Below are positions 38,221 through 47,236 of a stretch of DNA of 57,870 nt, in pieces. The notes beneath the pieces were generated by a model. That model had not been told where the DNA came from. It ran no database searches and worked only from the letters and a program-made list of their open reading frames with translations. The position numbers were made by a program, and so were the translations under genes. Each line of letters starts with the position of its first letter. The stretch's first letter is position 1. Source of the DNA: Candidatus Margulisiibacteriota bacterium (GTDB lineage Bacteria; Margulisbacteria; WOR-1; O2-12-FULL-45-9; XYB2-FULL-48-7); contig JBAZZV010000010.1 of NCBI GenBank assembly GCA_041658645.1, forward strand, positions 1 to 57,870. The letters run 5' to 3'.

Positions 38221-38466
38221 TTATTCTTCTTCTCCTTCTTTGTATTTTCGAATGGCTTCCAAGCGCTCCATTATTTTCGTTTCTCTCTTTTGATACTCAT
38301 CTTCGGTAATCTCCCCCATATCTAAAAGGGTTTGGGCTTCTAATAACGCCTGTTGAGGCTTGGCTTCATCGGAAAGCTCCTCATCGACTTGGGTCTTTAT
38401 CGCCTCAAAGATCCCCATAAATCCCTGGACCGGCAGCATTAATATATCATCGATTATAAATGCCAT
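38221..38466 (-). CDS. gvpG: gas vesicle protein GvpG
   Basis: MAFIIDDILMLPVQGFMGIFEAIKTQVDEELSDE...LLDMGEITEDEYQKRETKIMERLEAIR. Confidence 0.7.
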   Translation of the reverse strand: MAFIIDDILMLPVQGFMGIFEAIKTQVDEELSDEAKPQQALLEAQTLLDMGEITEDEYQKRETKIMERLEAIRKYKEGEEE

Positions 38467-38566
38467 ATCAAAAATCCCAATGTCAAATGGATGTCCGCCT
38501 TAGGCGGATTATTTAAATAATTTATTCCATCATTTGTCATTTTTAATTGGTCATTGGCCATTAATT

Positions 38567-39301
38567 TCAAAACATCAGCTCCACATTGGCGAAATTATAG
38601 GGCGCCAGCGGCCCGACATATTTCAAATTTATTCGATCCTTATGCTGTTCGTGGATTTTATTCACTAATTCGTCAAAATCTTTTTCTTTCTCCTTCTCCA
38701 CCAAAAAGGCCGCATTCATTAGCCAGGGATCGCCATAGGTAGAATTCAACTTATAATCAACCGCCAATTTCTTAAATTTTCCCAGCAAGTCTTCAACTTC
38801 CTTTTCTTTTTTTATCTTTAAAAGTTCCTCAACTCTTCTTCCAATCTCCATTAAATTTGGATGGGGGGAACTTTTTAATTTTTTTATCTCCGGCGTTTCA
38901 GCAATTTCGGCAAAGATCGGTTCCAGAGCCGTCCACATGACCCGCAAGCCCAGTTCTACTTTACCCTTCATATTTTTAATCATATCCTTCAAGGTTGCTT
39001 CAAAGCGTTTTAATCCCTTTTCTACTACTTCCGCTTCACTCTTCGCAACAGTGCAAAAGCGCACCGGAAGCGCGGTAAATTCTTGCATAGCTTCCTCAAC
39101 CACCAGTTCATGCGGCATCAAATTCTCCCGCAAGGCTTGATACCTCATCTTGGGCGAGCGACTTACGACTGCGCCCAGCCCATCAAAAGAAATGGCATAA
39201 ACCCTGTCACTCCGGCCTCCGATACCCGGAGTCTTAAACTCTTTTCCCTCTTTAGGGTTATCTATAATGCAATAGACATATATACCCTCTTCGCCTGTCA
39301 T
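38567..39301 (-). CDS. gvpF: GvpL/GvpF family protein (paralog 2)
   Basis: GIYVYCIID... and GPLAPYNF. Confidence 0.8.
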   Translation of the reverse strand: MTGEEGIYVYCIIDNPKEGKEFKTPGIGGRSDRVYAISFDGLGAVVSRSPKMRYQALRENLMPHELVVEEAMQEFTALPVRFCTVAKSEAEVVEKGLKRFEATLKDMIKNMKGKVELGLRVMWTALEPIFAEIAETPEIKKLKSSPHPNLMEIGRRVEELLKIKKEKEVEDLLGKFKKLAVDYKLNSTYGDPWLMNAAFLVEKEKEKDFDELVNKIHEQHKDRINLKYVGPLAPYNFANVELMF

Positions 39302-40407
39302 TTTTCCTTTGCCTCATCGGACAGCGCCGCTACCAGAGCGCCTTTGGCTACCGTGCGCAAAGGCTGGGATGCCATCCGCACTGATTTTATGGCTAAGGGA
39401 AATTTAGATCGCTCCAAAATGCTTTTAAACCTGTCTGAAAATCCGGGAGGCAAAGAAGTTCCCCCTGATAAAATAATAGAAAGGGGTTTATCAAGGCGCG
39501 GCATCTTTTTGTTCTTTTCAAATTCCCTTTTTATGTTTTCAATAACATATTCAATGAGATGACTGTAATAGATAGATAAGGCGCTTTCTATTCTGGATAG
39601 GCCGGTTTCCTTGGATAGATCAAGACTGGTTTCTTTAATAGCAGAGATGCGGCTCGCAGTTTCATCGACACTCAAAGCTACCTGCTGATCAATCCAGTCC
39701 CCGGCCTTGGTAACGCTAAAGGCAACTATGGGAACGGAAAGGTAGGAAAGGCACATATTGACCATGCCGCCGCCAAAAGAAAGTCCGATCCCAGAAAAAT
39801 CTTCATCGCCTAACTCCGCCAGAACTATGGCGTGCGCCTCATTGATTACTTTAGGGGTATAGCCAAGCCTGGCGATAAAACCATAGAGAATTTTCTCATG
39901 ATAGATAACGTTGAAATCAGCATCAATTGGCTCACCGGGGACGGAATAGTAAACGATCTCGCCATCGCGGCGGGGTTTTCCTAAAACGCTTTTAATTAAA
40001 AGTTCTACCATGGGCAAAGCTTCTTTTTCCGAAGGGCTGACAATCCCTTTCTGGAGCGGTCGGCGGGTATCTTTGTGGAAAATATTGGCAAATTCCAGAG
40101 CTTCATCTCCCACTACGTACAGCTTGTTATCTTTGATAATATACTTAACCCGGGAATTATCCAGCATATTGCGGGTAAAATCCGTGTGTTCTACCTCAAA
40201 GAAGGCATCTCGCTGAGATCTAAAGATGATGGAATCGCCGTTTTTCTCCGCGAATTTTATAAAACAGGTCCCAATGTCTATCCCCTTACCATATTCTGCC
40301 TGCCTGCCTGCCCGTCCGGCAGGCACGGCTTTCTCGATTACCTTAACCATCTTTGCAACCTTCTTTTTAACTTTTCCGCCTTTGGCGAACTTTTTCCCCT
40401 TTACCAT
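39298..40407 (-). CDS. actin/Hsp70-fold ATPase (Hsp70-NBD/MreB/EutJ-like) with a Lys-rich N-terminal tail
   Basis: Phosphate-1 GKGIDIGTCFIKFA, connect/phosphate-2 VINEAHAIVLAELGDEDFSGIGLSFGGGMVNMCL, and adenosine motif SIILSGGTSLPPGFSDRF. The GGTSLPP and INE..A motifs look more Hsp70/MreB-like than ParM-like. Strong RBS. Confidence 0.65.
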   Translation of the reverse strand: MVKGKKFAKGGKVKKKVAKMVKVIEKAVPAGRAGRQAEYGKGIDIGTCFIKFAEKNGDSIIFRSQRDAFFEVEHTDFTRNMLDNSRVKYIIKDNKLYVVGDEALEFANIFHKDTRRPLQKGIVSPSEKEALPMVELLIKSVLGKPRRDGEIVYYSVPGEPIDADFNVIYHEKILYGFIARLGYTPKVINEAHAIVLAELGDEDFSGIGLSFGGGMVNMCLSYLSVPIVAFSVTKAGDWIDQQVALSVDETASRISAIKETSLDLSKETGLSRIESALSIYYSHLIEYVIENIKREFEKNKKMPRLDKPLSIILSGGTSLPPGFSDRFKSILERSKFPLAIKSVRMASQPLRTVAKGALVAALSDEAKEK

Positions 40408-40410
40408 AAC

Positions 40411-40932
40411 TTACCTCCCTTTTGCCTTTTTAAACGCTTCGACCGCGCCTCCGAGGTTAAACTTGTCTTTCTCATCAGTTGTAACCTTTTCAAGATTACT
40501 TTCCATCTTTACCTCCTCTAATTCTATCGGCGGAATGAAACTGGTTTTAATTTGAATTCTTTTCTCCTCATCTTCTGTCTCTCTTAGCCTTCTGACACCG
40601 GGACGATAAGACCCGCTTCTGACAATCCTCTCTTTAACCGGCAAGGCCCCTATTTCACGGGCAACTTCTTTGGCAACTCCTTTAGCGACTTCCTCCAGCA
40701 TTGACTTATCTACGATAAACTTCCAACCCTCACCCGATAAAAGCTTTGCTCCTTTGGGAGCCAGAGCAAAATATTTGCCCTCATTTACCCTCAAATATCC
40801 TTGTCGAATAAGGGATTTACAAACCAGATCCGCATAACCAGGAGATATTCCTAATCTTTGGGTAATCAAACTTCTCCCGGCCTTACCCTTTTCTCCGACA
40901 ACCTTTAATATCTCTTGTTCAGTTGTTCCCAT
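40411..40932 (-). CDS. winged-helix (MarR/PadR-like) DNA-binding protein with an acidic C-terminal extension
   Basis: EQEILKVVGEKGKAGRSLITQRLGISPGYADLVCKSLIRQGYLRVNEGKYFALAPKG. GGTGAGG RBS before MGTTEQ. Confidence 0.5.
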   Translation of the reverse strand: MGTTEQEILKVVGEKGKAGRSLITQRLGISPGYADLVCKSLIRQGYLRVNEGKYFALAPKGAKLLSGEGWKFIVDKSMLEEVAKGVAKEVAREIGALPVKERIVRSGSYRPGVRRLRETEDEEKRIQIKTSFIPPIELEEVKMESNLEKVTTDEKDKFNLGGAVEAFKKAKGR

Positions 40933-40973
40933 CCTCACCCACCATTCGCTTCGCTCATAAGCCCGCCACCCCA

Positions 40974-41969
40974 CTAGGTGGGGAGAGTAAGCTTTTTAAC
41001 CGAAAATAAATCACAACCGTTGCTCGTATATTCATATAAAAGATCAAAAGCCTTTTTTAACTCCACAAATTGCTTGGCGGCCTCCGGATTATCTGGATTT
41101 TTGTCGGGGTGAAGCTTTCCGGCCATGGCACGGTAGGCCCGTTTAACCTCTTCCGGAGGGGGATCTTCTACTATTCCCAAAACTGCCTTGGCATAGAAAA
41201 TTTCATCCGGAGTTAATTTCTTTATCTCAATAGTGGCAAAACTGTAAGGGGGCAGAGGGCCTACGCACTTAAAGTTTATTTTACCCTCATACTTTCTATC
41301 TAATTCCGCTAGTTCCTGTTCAAAGACCTCCTTTTTATCTTTATCAAGCAAAAAAGCTGTATTGAAAATCATCCTGTCATTTAAAGTAGCATGCTTACAA
41401 AAAGCGCCAGCTTGTCCGCCAGAGGCGGACAAAGCCGTGATTATCTCCTCGGCAATTCTATCTTTTTTTCTATCCAGGAAATCTTTAACCATTTTTCCAA
41501 GGATTATGCCACCCTGAATTCTTTCGCCGGGAGGCTTTTGAGTAACCTCGTCTTTGAAGCATTGAATCTCTGCTATTTCTCCTATCTCTTTTAAGACGCC
41601 ATTCATCTCATTCCAAATGCCCACCAAATCCAATTCGATTTTCCCGCTTAAGGTTTCCATAATTTCTTTAAATAGTTTATAGCCCTTTTTCATTATTCTT
41701 TGAGTTTCGTTATCTCCGTCTATAAAAGTTCCAAATTTGAGAGGAACAACTGAATAATTCTGCATGACTTTTTCAATGATAGATTGATGTCTAAGCAGGT
41801 AATTTACTAGCTCATCTTTGCGCAGAGTCGCGAAAGGAATTGGTTTACTATCACTTACTACCAAAGAAATATCTTCATAAGGGATAGTAAAAATCTCCCC
41901 ACCGATCCCCTGGATATCAAAGGTCTGCAGCTTATTGTCCGGGATGACACAATAGAGGTATTTCATCAA
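40974..41969 (-). CDS. GvpL/GvpF family protein (paralog 3) fused to a C-terminal J-domain
   Basis: [11 protein letters not shown]... and VGPLPPYSF (GvpF), followed by EEVKRAYRAMAGKLHPDKNPDNPEAAKQFVELKKAFDLL, a DnaJ J-domain with the HPD tripeptide. Confidence 0.75.
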   Translation of the reverse strand: MMKYLYCVIPDNKLQTFDIQGIGGEIFTIPYEDISLVVSDSKPIPFATLRKDELVNYLLRHQSIIEKVMQNYSVVPLKFGTFIDGDNETQRIMKKGYKLFKEIMETLSGKIELDLVGIWNEMNGVLKEIGEIAEIQCFKDEVTQKPPGERIQGGIILGKMVKDFLDRKKDRIAEEIITALSASGGQAGAFCKHATLNDRMIFNTAFLLDKDKKEVFEQELAELDRKYEGKINFKCVGPLPPYSFATIEIKKLTPDEIFYAKAVLGIVEDPPPEEVKRAYRAMAGKLHPDKNPDNPEAAKQFVELKKAFDLLYEYTSNGCDLFSVKKLTLPT

Positions 41970-44143
41970 CTCACCCCCGCTTCTCCTCTTCTCTTATAAA
42001 GAGAGGGGGATGGGGGATGAGTTTTTATTTCCTTGATCGCCTGACTAAAATAGGGCCTATCAATTTCAAACTTCGAATAATCCAGTTTCCTGCCCTTAGC
42101 TTTATCGATAAAATCTCTAATCGCTAACATAGATGCTCGCCGGCAAATAGCTTCGATGTCGGCGCCGGAAAGCTCCCCGGTCTTTTCAGCCAATTCGGAA
42201 AAATCAACCTCTTTAGCTAAAGGCTTATCTTTGGCATGGATTTTAAAAATCTCGACTCTGGTCTTCTTATCCGGCAAAGGCAGTTCAAACTTCAGATCAA
42301 ACCGGCCTGAACGGAGCAAGGCGGAATCGACCATATCAAAACGATTGGTAGCGGCTAAAACAACCACTCCTTTAAGCTCTTCAATGCCATCCAGTTCAGT
42401 TAAAAACTGACTGATAACGCGCTGGGCAACTTGAGAATCTCCTCCCCCGGCTCCGCGAACAGGGACCACGCTTTCGATTTCATCAAAAAACAAAATAGTC
42501 GGCGCCGCTTGTTTGGCTTTTTTAAAGATCTCGCGGACAGCCCGCTCGGAATCACCCACATATTTAGACATAAGTTCAGGGCCTTTAACTGAAATAAAAT
42601 TCACCCCGCTCTCTTTGGCTAAGGCCTTGGCCAAAAGAGTTTTCCCGGTGCCGGGAGCGCCATAAAGCAAAATCCCTTTAGAGGGCTTAGTCGCGGCTTT
42701 TTCAAACATTTGAGGATATTCCAGCGGCCACTGAATGGTTTCTTTTAGGTTTTCCTTGATCTCATCCAGCCCGCCGATATCCTCCCAACCCACCTCCGGG
42801 ACCTCCACAAAGACTTCACGAATAGCCGAGGGCTCCACCTCTTTCATCGCCTCCATAAAATTATCCATGGTAACTTCAAGTTTCATAATTTTTTCATAAG
42901 GGATCTCCGCTACGGCAAAATCCAATTGAGGAAATAATATACGCAAGGAGGCCATAGCCGCTTCGCGGCAGAGCGCCTCAAGGTCGGCGCCCACAAAACC
43001 ATGGGTGATAGCAGCTAATTTTTCCGAATTAACATCTTTGGCTAGCGGCATGCCCCGGGTATTGATGTTTAAAATTTCCAATCTGCCGTTTTTATCCGGG
43101 ATAGGAATGCTTATTTCCCGGTCAAATCTGCCGGGACGACGCAGAGCCGGGTCAATGACATTGGGAATATTAGTCGCGGCGATCACAATTAGCTGACCCC
43201 GGGACGCCAGTCCATCCATCAGCGCTAATAGTTGCGCCACCACTCTTTTTTCAACCTGTTTTTCGCCGCCCATTTCTTCTCTTTTGGGAGCGATGGAATC
43301 AATTTCATCAATAAATAGTATCGCCGGAGCATGAGCCGCGGCATCTTCAAAGACTTCGCGTAGTCTGCCTTCTGATTCACCATAAAATTTCCCCATGATC
43401 TCCGGCCCGGAAATGCTGGTAAAATAAGCGTCAGTTTCACTGGCCACGGCGCGAGCAATCAGGGTTTTGCCGCAGCCGGGAGGCCCGTAAAGAAATACCC
43501 CTTTGGGAGCTTCAATTCCCAATCTCTCAAAAATTTGCGGATACTTAAGAGGGAGTTCGATCATTTCCCTGATTTTCCGTATTTCTTTATGTAAGCCGCC
43601 AACATCCTCATAAGTTACCCGATGCGGCCCAGCTTTAGACGCTCCTTCCGTTTTTAATTTAATTTGGGTGGTAGGAGCAATAACTACAATTCCCTCCGGA
43701 ACTGCTTCTATTACTTTAAACTCCTGATATTTGGTCCCAAAAAGGAGTGCTCTGACTCGATTTCCCGCTATAAGAGGAATGCCTTCAAGTATCCGCCCCA
43801 TATAGCGGGTATCCTGGGAAGCCATAAGGGTTAAGGGTTGAACGGTAATGCGGGTGGCAGGCTGACTTTTAGCCGGACTTACTTTTACTTTTTCATCCAG
43901 GCCCACTCCGGCATTATCTCTGATAATTCCGTCAATTTGTATGAGCCCCTTTCCCCGATCTTCGGCAAAACAGGGCATTACTTTTGCGGGAGTTGATTTC
44001 TTACCCTTTATCTCGATAATTTCTCCAACCTCTACCCCGATATCTTTCATATCATCAGGATCGATGCGGGCAATGGCCCGACCCACATCTTTAGAGAGGG
44101 ATTCGGAGACCTTTAGGGTTAATGTTTCTTTTTTCTTTGCCAT
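41966..44143 (-). CDS. Cdc48/VAT/p97-like double AAA+ ATPase
   Basis: Cdc48-N-like domain plus two AAA modules (GPPGCGKT...DEID and GAPGTGKT...DEIE, with SRH regions). The track ORF extends to 44200. [12 protein letters not shown] at 44143 is the likely start. Confidence 0.85.
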   Translation of the reverse strand: MAKKKETLTLKVSESLSKDVGRAIARIDPDDMKDIGVEVGEIIEIKGKKSTPAKVMPCFAEDRGKGLIQIDGIIRDNAGVGLDEKVKVSPAKSQPATRITVQPLTLMASQDTRYMGRILEGIPLIAGNRVRALLFGTKYQEFKVIEAVPEGIVVIAPTTQIKLKTEGASKAGPHRVTYEDVGGLHKEIRKIREMIELPLKYPQIFERLGIEAPKGVFLYGPPGCGKTLIARAVASETDAYFTSISGPEIMGKFYGESEGRLREVFEDAAAHAPAILFIDEIDSIAPKREEMGGEKQVEKRVVAQLLALMDGLASRGQLIVIAATNIPNVIDPALRRPGRFDREISIPIPDKNGRLEILNINTRGMPLAKDVNSEKLAAITHGFVGADLEALCREAAMASLRILFPQLDFAVAEIPYEKIMKLEVTMDNFMEAMKEVEPSAIREVFVEVPEVGWEDIGGLDEIKENLKETIQWPLEYPQMFEKAATKPSKGILLYGAPGTGKTLLAKALAKESGVNFISVKGPELMSKYVGDSERAVREIFKKAKQAAPTILFFDEIESVVPVRGAGGGDSQVAQRVISQFLTELDGIEELKGVVVLAATNRFDMVDSALLRSGRFDLKFELPLPDKKTRVEIFKIHAKDKPLAKEVDFSELAEKTGELSGADIEAICRRASMLAIRDFIDKAKGRKLDYSKFEIDRPYFSQAIKEIKTHPPSPSLYKRRGEAGVS

Positions 44144-44154
44144 AATTCTTAAAA

Positions 44155-44214
44155 TGTAGGGACAACCCTTGTGGTTGTCCGTTTTTTCGGACAGGGACAA
44201 GCCCTGTCCCTACA
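44155..44214. repeat. paired hairpin element (A+B) filling the hsp20-cdc48 intergenic gap
   Basis: tgtagGGACAAcccttgtggTTGTCCg tttttt cGGACAGGGacaagCCCTGTCCctaca. The outer tgtagggaca/tgtccctaca arms are also complementary. Confidence 0.6.
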
Positions 44215-44216
44215 AT

Positions 44217-44750
44217 TCATTTTTGTATCTTTATCTCCAAAACCCCATTCTTATAGGTTGACGCCATTGTTTCAGCTTTAACTTTTGAAGGGAGCAGAAC
44301 TTCTTTGTGATACTTCCTGTCGCCTTTTGCGGCAGAAATATCCAGGATATCTTCTTTGAGATCAAGCTTGATATCAGTTTCTTCAATCCCCGGCATCTCC
44401 ACCACCAGCAAGACGTGATCCTTCTCATCGAAAATATCGACCTCCGGTTCCCTTTCTTCTTCGACCACGGTTTTGCCTTCAGGGGTACGATGGATGTTGC
44501 CGAAGGAAGAGACTTTGGGCCCGCCTTTGGCCATGGTATTGATCGTGAAACCATACATCATTTTACCTTTCTTGCCGCCTAAACCCTCAATATCTATTGC
44601 CCCCGTTTTTTTAAGCTCTTCGCCCTTTTCCGCTAGTTTTCCTACAACATCAAGCAAACTTCCCAATCCCTCAAATATCCCACCCAGGTTAAATCCTGCT
44701 TCGACTTTTGGTTCCTCTTTTTTACCTTTTTTCTCTTTTGCCATTTTCAC
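44217..44750 (-). CDS. Hsp20/alpha-crystallin family protein (GvpH-like)
   Basis: ACD: DIFDEKDHVLLVVEMPGIEETDIKLDLKEDILDISA...GVLEIKI. GTG start overlapping the gvpF stop. Confidence 0.8.
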   Translation of the reverse strand: MKMAKEKKGKKEEPKVEAGFNLGGIFEGLGSLLDVVGKLAEKGEELKKTGAIDIEGLGGKKGKMMYGFTINTMAKGGPKVSSFGNIHRTPEGKTVVEEEREPEVDIFDEKDHVLLVVEMPGIEETDIKLDLKEDILDISAAKGDRKYHKEVLLPSKVKAETMASTYKNGVLEIKIQK

Positions 44751-45496
44751 TCATCCTCCTTTATTACAACATTCACAAAATTATACGGCGGCAGGGGACC
44801 AACATATTTAAACTGCGCCCGTCCGCCTTTGGCGGAGTATTTTTTATCCAGCTCATCAACCAAAGTATCAAATTCCATTTCGCGAGCTTTATCGACTAAA
44901 AAAGCGGCGTTGAGAAACATATTTTCAGTCAAAAGTTTTCCTAAGGCGATATTATAGGCGCTGTGGCGCAAATGAGTGAGGATTTCTTCCCCCTCCTCTT
45001 CTTTTTTCTTTTCAAGCAACCTCTCAACCAACTTTCCAGCTTCAATTTGTTCCTCCAAGCCCGAAGCCCCTTTCTTCTTTTTTGCGCTAACTTCAGGGCT
45101 GTTGGCAATTTCTTTATAGATTACTTTCATGTCTTTCCAGAATGCCTTGAGCCCCAGCTCAACTTTACCGTCCATATCCCGCAAAAGACTTTTAAACTCA
45201 CTATGTCTTTTCCCTAGAAGATTTCTTATCTCGTCGGCGCTTTCGGCAATACTGCAAAACCGAACCGGAAGCACGGTAAATTCCTGCATTACTTTTTCGA
45301 TTGCCTTTTCATGGGCAATTAAATTATCCCGGCTCAAAGTATATTTTGTCATGGGGGTATTGCTGACCACGGCCGAAAGACCTTCGCAAGAAATAGTTGT
45401 CACCTCATCCCCTCGCCCGCCAATACCAATGGAACCAAAGTTACAAGGGAAGTTCGTTTCAATAATGCAGTAAATGTATTTTCCCTCTTTATCCAA
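44747..45496 (-). CDS. gvpF: GvpL/GvpF family protein (paralog 4)
   Basis: GKYIYCIIE... and VGPLPPYNF. Confidence 0.8.
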   Translation of the reverse strand: MDKEGKYIYCIIETNFPCNFGSIGIGGRGDEVTTISCEGLSAVVSNTPMTKYTLSRDNLIAHEKAIEKVMQEFTVLPVRFCSIAESADEIRNLLGKRHSEFKSLLRDMDGKVELGLKAFWKDMKVIYKEIANSPEVSAKKKKGASGLEEQIEAGKLVERLLEKKKEEEGEEILTHLRHSAYNIALGKLLTENMFLNAAFLVDKAREMEFDTLVDELDKKYSAKGGRAQFKYVGPLPPYNFVNVVIKEDE

Positions 45497-45866
45497 CAGT
45501 TACACTCCCTTTTCCATGACAGGCCAGACAGGGCAGGCCGCTTAAAGCTGATCCTCTGCCCCTACATTGCTTACATGTTTTAATTGGCTCTTTAATTGGA
45601 ACTACTCCTTTCCCATGACAGACGACACAGGAGAAAAAGCTCCTGGGGTTTTTCATTCCCCGCCCCCCGCAATAAGCACAAACTACAACCGGCGGTTGTA
45701 CGGTGATGGTTCCTTTTCCGCCGCACGCCGGACATTTAGCTTTTTGAGTAGTACCAACTAAGCCTTTCCCGCCGCAAAAAGCGCAGATAAAATCGCTTTT
45801 ATGTAAAATCTGCCCTTTCCGTTTATCTAAACCTTTTTTCCAATCATAAGCAATCCACTCTTCCAT
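45489..45866 (-). CDS. DnaJ-type CR zinc-finger protein (6x CxxCxGxG)
   Basis: CAFCGGKG, CPACGGKG, CAYCGGRG, CVVCHGKG, CKQCRGRG, CLACHGKG. Confidence 0.65.
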   Translation of the reverse strand: MEEWIAYDWKKGLDKRKGQILHKSDFICAFCGGKGLVGTTQKAKCPACGGKGTITVQPPVVVCAYCGGRGMKNPRSFFSCVVCHGKGVVPIKEPIKTCKQCRGRGSALSGLPCLACHGKGSVTVG

Positions 45867-45867
45867 A

Positions 45868-46221
45868 CTAATATTGTAGGGCCATTCTTTGCCATTTAGG
45901 GACGCCTTGAGGGGCGCCTGTGGCCGGCAGACTTTTGCGCCTAGCCCTGCCGCCGGCGGTAAGTTGGCCCGCTTCGGCCGCCTGTAGTTTCCGGCTTTCC
46001 TTTTCTATGTCAGCTAAGCGCCGCTGAATTATTGTTTTGCGGCGTTCAACGATTGAACTTTCTTTCTCGAGTCGTTCTCTCTCTTTTCCCAGCATATATA
46101 AATCCAGGAAAGTCGAGTCTTGATTGCCTCGAGGAATAGAACGCCTGCCCGTAGAATGCAGCGTCCGCAGGCCATGAAGACCGGCGATGTTCACGGCCCC
46201 GTTTTTGCGCCGCTCTTTCAT
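45868..46221 (-). CDS. hypothetical basic/coiled-coil protein (gvp cluster)
   Basis: 117 aa, overlapping both neighbours. No family recognised. Confidence 0.4.
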   Translation of the reverse strand: MKERRKNGAVNIAGLHGLRTLHSTGRRSIPRGNQDSTFLDLYMLGKERERLEKESSIVERRKTIIQRRLADIEKESRKLQAAEAGQLTAGGRARRKSLPATGAPQGVPKWQRMALQY

Positions 46222-47150
46222 ATTTTCACCCCCTCGTAATGCTTATTAATTAACTCATTAACAAGTTTCCTGACTTTAGCCTGATTGGTTCTGCTACCCA
46301 CGCGGCTGGTCTCGGACGCCAGGATGTCAGTGCAAATTTCCCGGAAGATCCCTTTATCGGCATCGTGAGTTCCATTAAGCACCTTTAAACTCTTAGCAAT
46401 CATGATGCAGCCGCGAATGGTGGGAGCAAACTCGCATTTTCCGGATCCCCGCAGAGCTCGCACAATCCCTACAATTTCCCCGGCTTTATCCTTAGATATT
46501 TTTGCTTTAGCGGCAGTAATATCTATCTCTGTTTCTTCATCATAATGATCCAGATCCATAGTAATCATGCGGTCGCGCAGGGCATCCTGACTGCGGTGTA
46601 CCCCGGCGTATTCTTCAGGGTTGCTGGTAAAGATGGCGGTAAACTCCGGGTCGACCCGAAGATAGGACTCTCCTCCTCCTCGACCAACCGGCAAATCCAT
46701 TATCTTTTCCTGCAAAATAGAAAGCAAGATATTATTAGCTTCCGGACGGGAGCGGGTAAACTCATCATATATTAATGTAAAGCCGTATTTACAGGCCACC
46801 GTTAAGCGGTTATCCACCCAGCGCTTAACCATATCTTCTTCCACTTTCAAAACACGCGAGATAAAGCGATCCACCACTTTTCGGATCCGGTAGCCGTATT
46901 CACCACCCACTAAATCAGAGGTTTTAAACTCTTCATCCCCATGAATAAGCACCACGGGCCGGCCGATTTTGCTGGCAATGTGCATCGCCAGGGTGGTTTT
47001 ACCCGTCCCCGCACCCCCGCGAAAATGGATAGGAAACCCCGCTTTTATATAAACCATAGACCGATCAGCCAATTCTTTCACCTGTTTTGTCTCCACAAAA
47101 TCGGGCATCGACTTTGGGTCCAAAACGGTAGTCATTTCATCGATGGACAT
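46218..47150 (-). CDS. gvpN: gas vesicle protein GvpN (MoxR/CbbQ-like AAA+)
   Basis: Walker A FRGGAGTGKTTLAMHIA, Walker B LIYDEFTR, 310 aa. AAAAGGAGG RBS. Confidence 0.85.
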   Translation of the reverse strand: MSIDEMTTVLDPKSMPDFVETKQVKELADRSMVYIKAGFPIHFRGGAGTGKTTLAMHIASKIGRPVVLIHGDEEFKTSDLVGGEYGYRIRKVVDRFISRVLKVEEDMVKRWVDNRLTVACKYGFTLIYDEFTRSRPEANNILLSILQEKIMDLPVGRGGGESYLRVDPEFTAIFTSNPEEYAGVHRSQDALRDRMITMDLDHYDEETEIDITAAKAKISKDKAGEIVGIVRALRGSGKCEFAPTIRGCIMIAKSLKVLNGTHDADKGIFREICTDILASETSRVGSRTNQAKVRKLVNELINKHYEGVKI

Positions 47151-47170
47151 TTTTTTACCTCCTTTTTTTT

Positions 47171-47230
47171 CGGACAGGGATAAACCCTGTCCCTACATGA
47201 TAATGTAGGGACAACCCTTGTGGTTGTCCG
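47171..47230. repeat. paired hairpin element (B'+A') upstream of gvpN
   Basis: cGGACAGGGataaaCCCTGTCCctaca tgataa tgtagGGACAAcccttgtggTTGTCCg, the same family as 44155-44214 in the opposite order. Confidence 0.6.
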
Positions 47231-47236
47231 TAAAAT

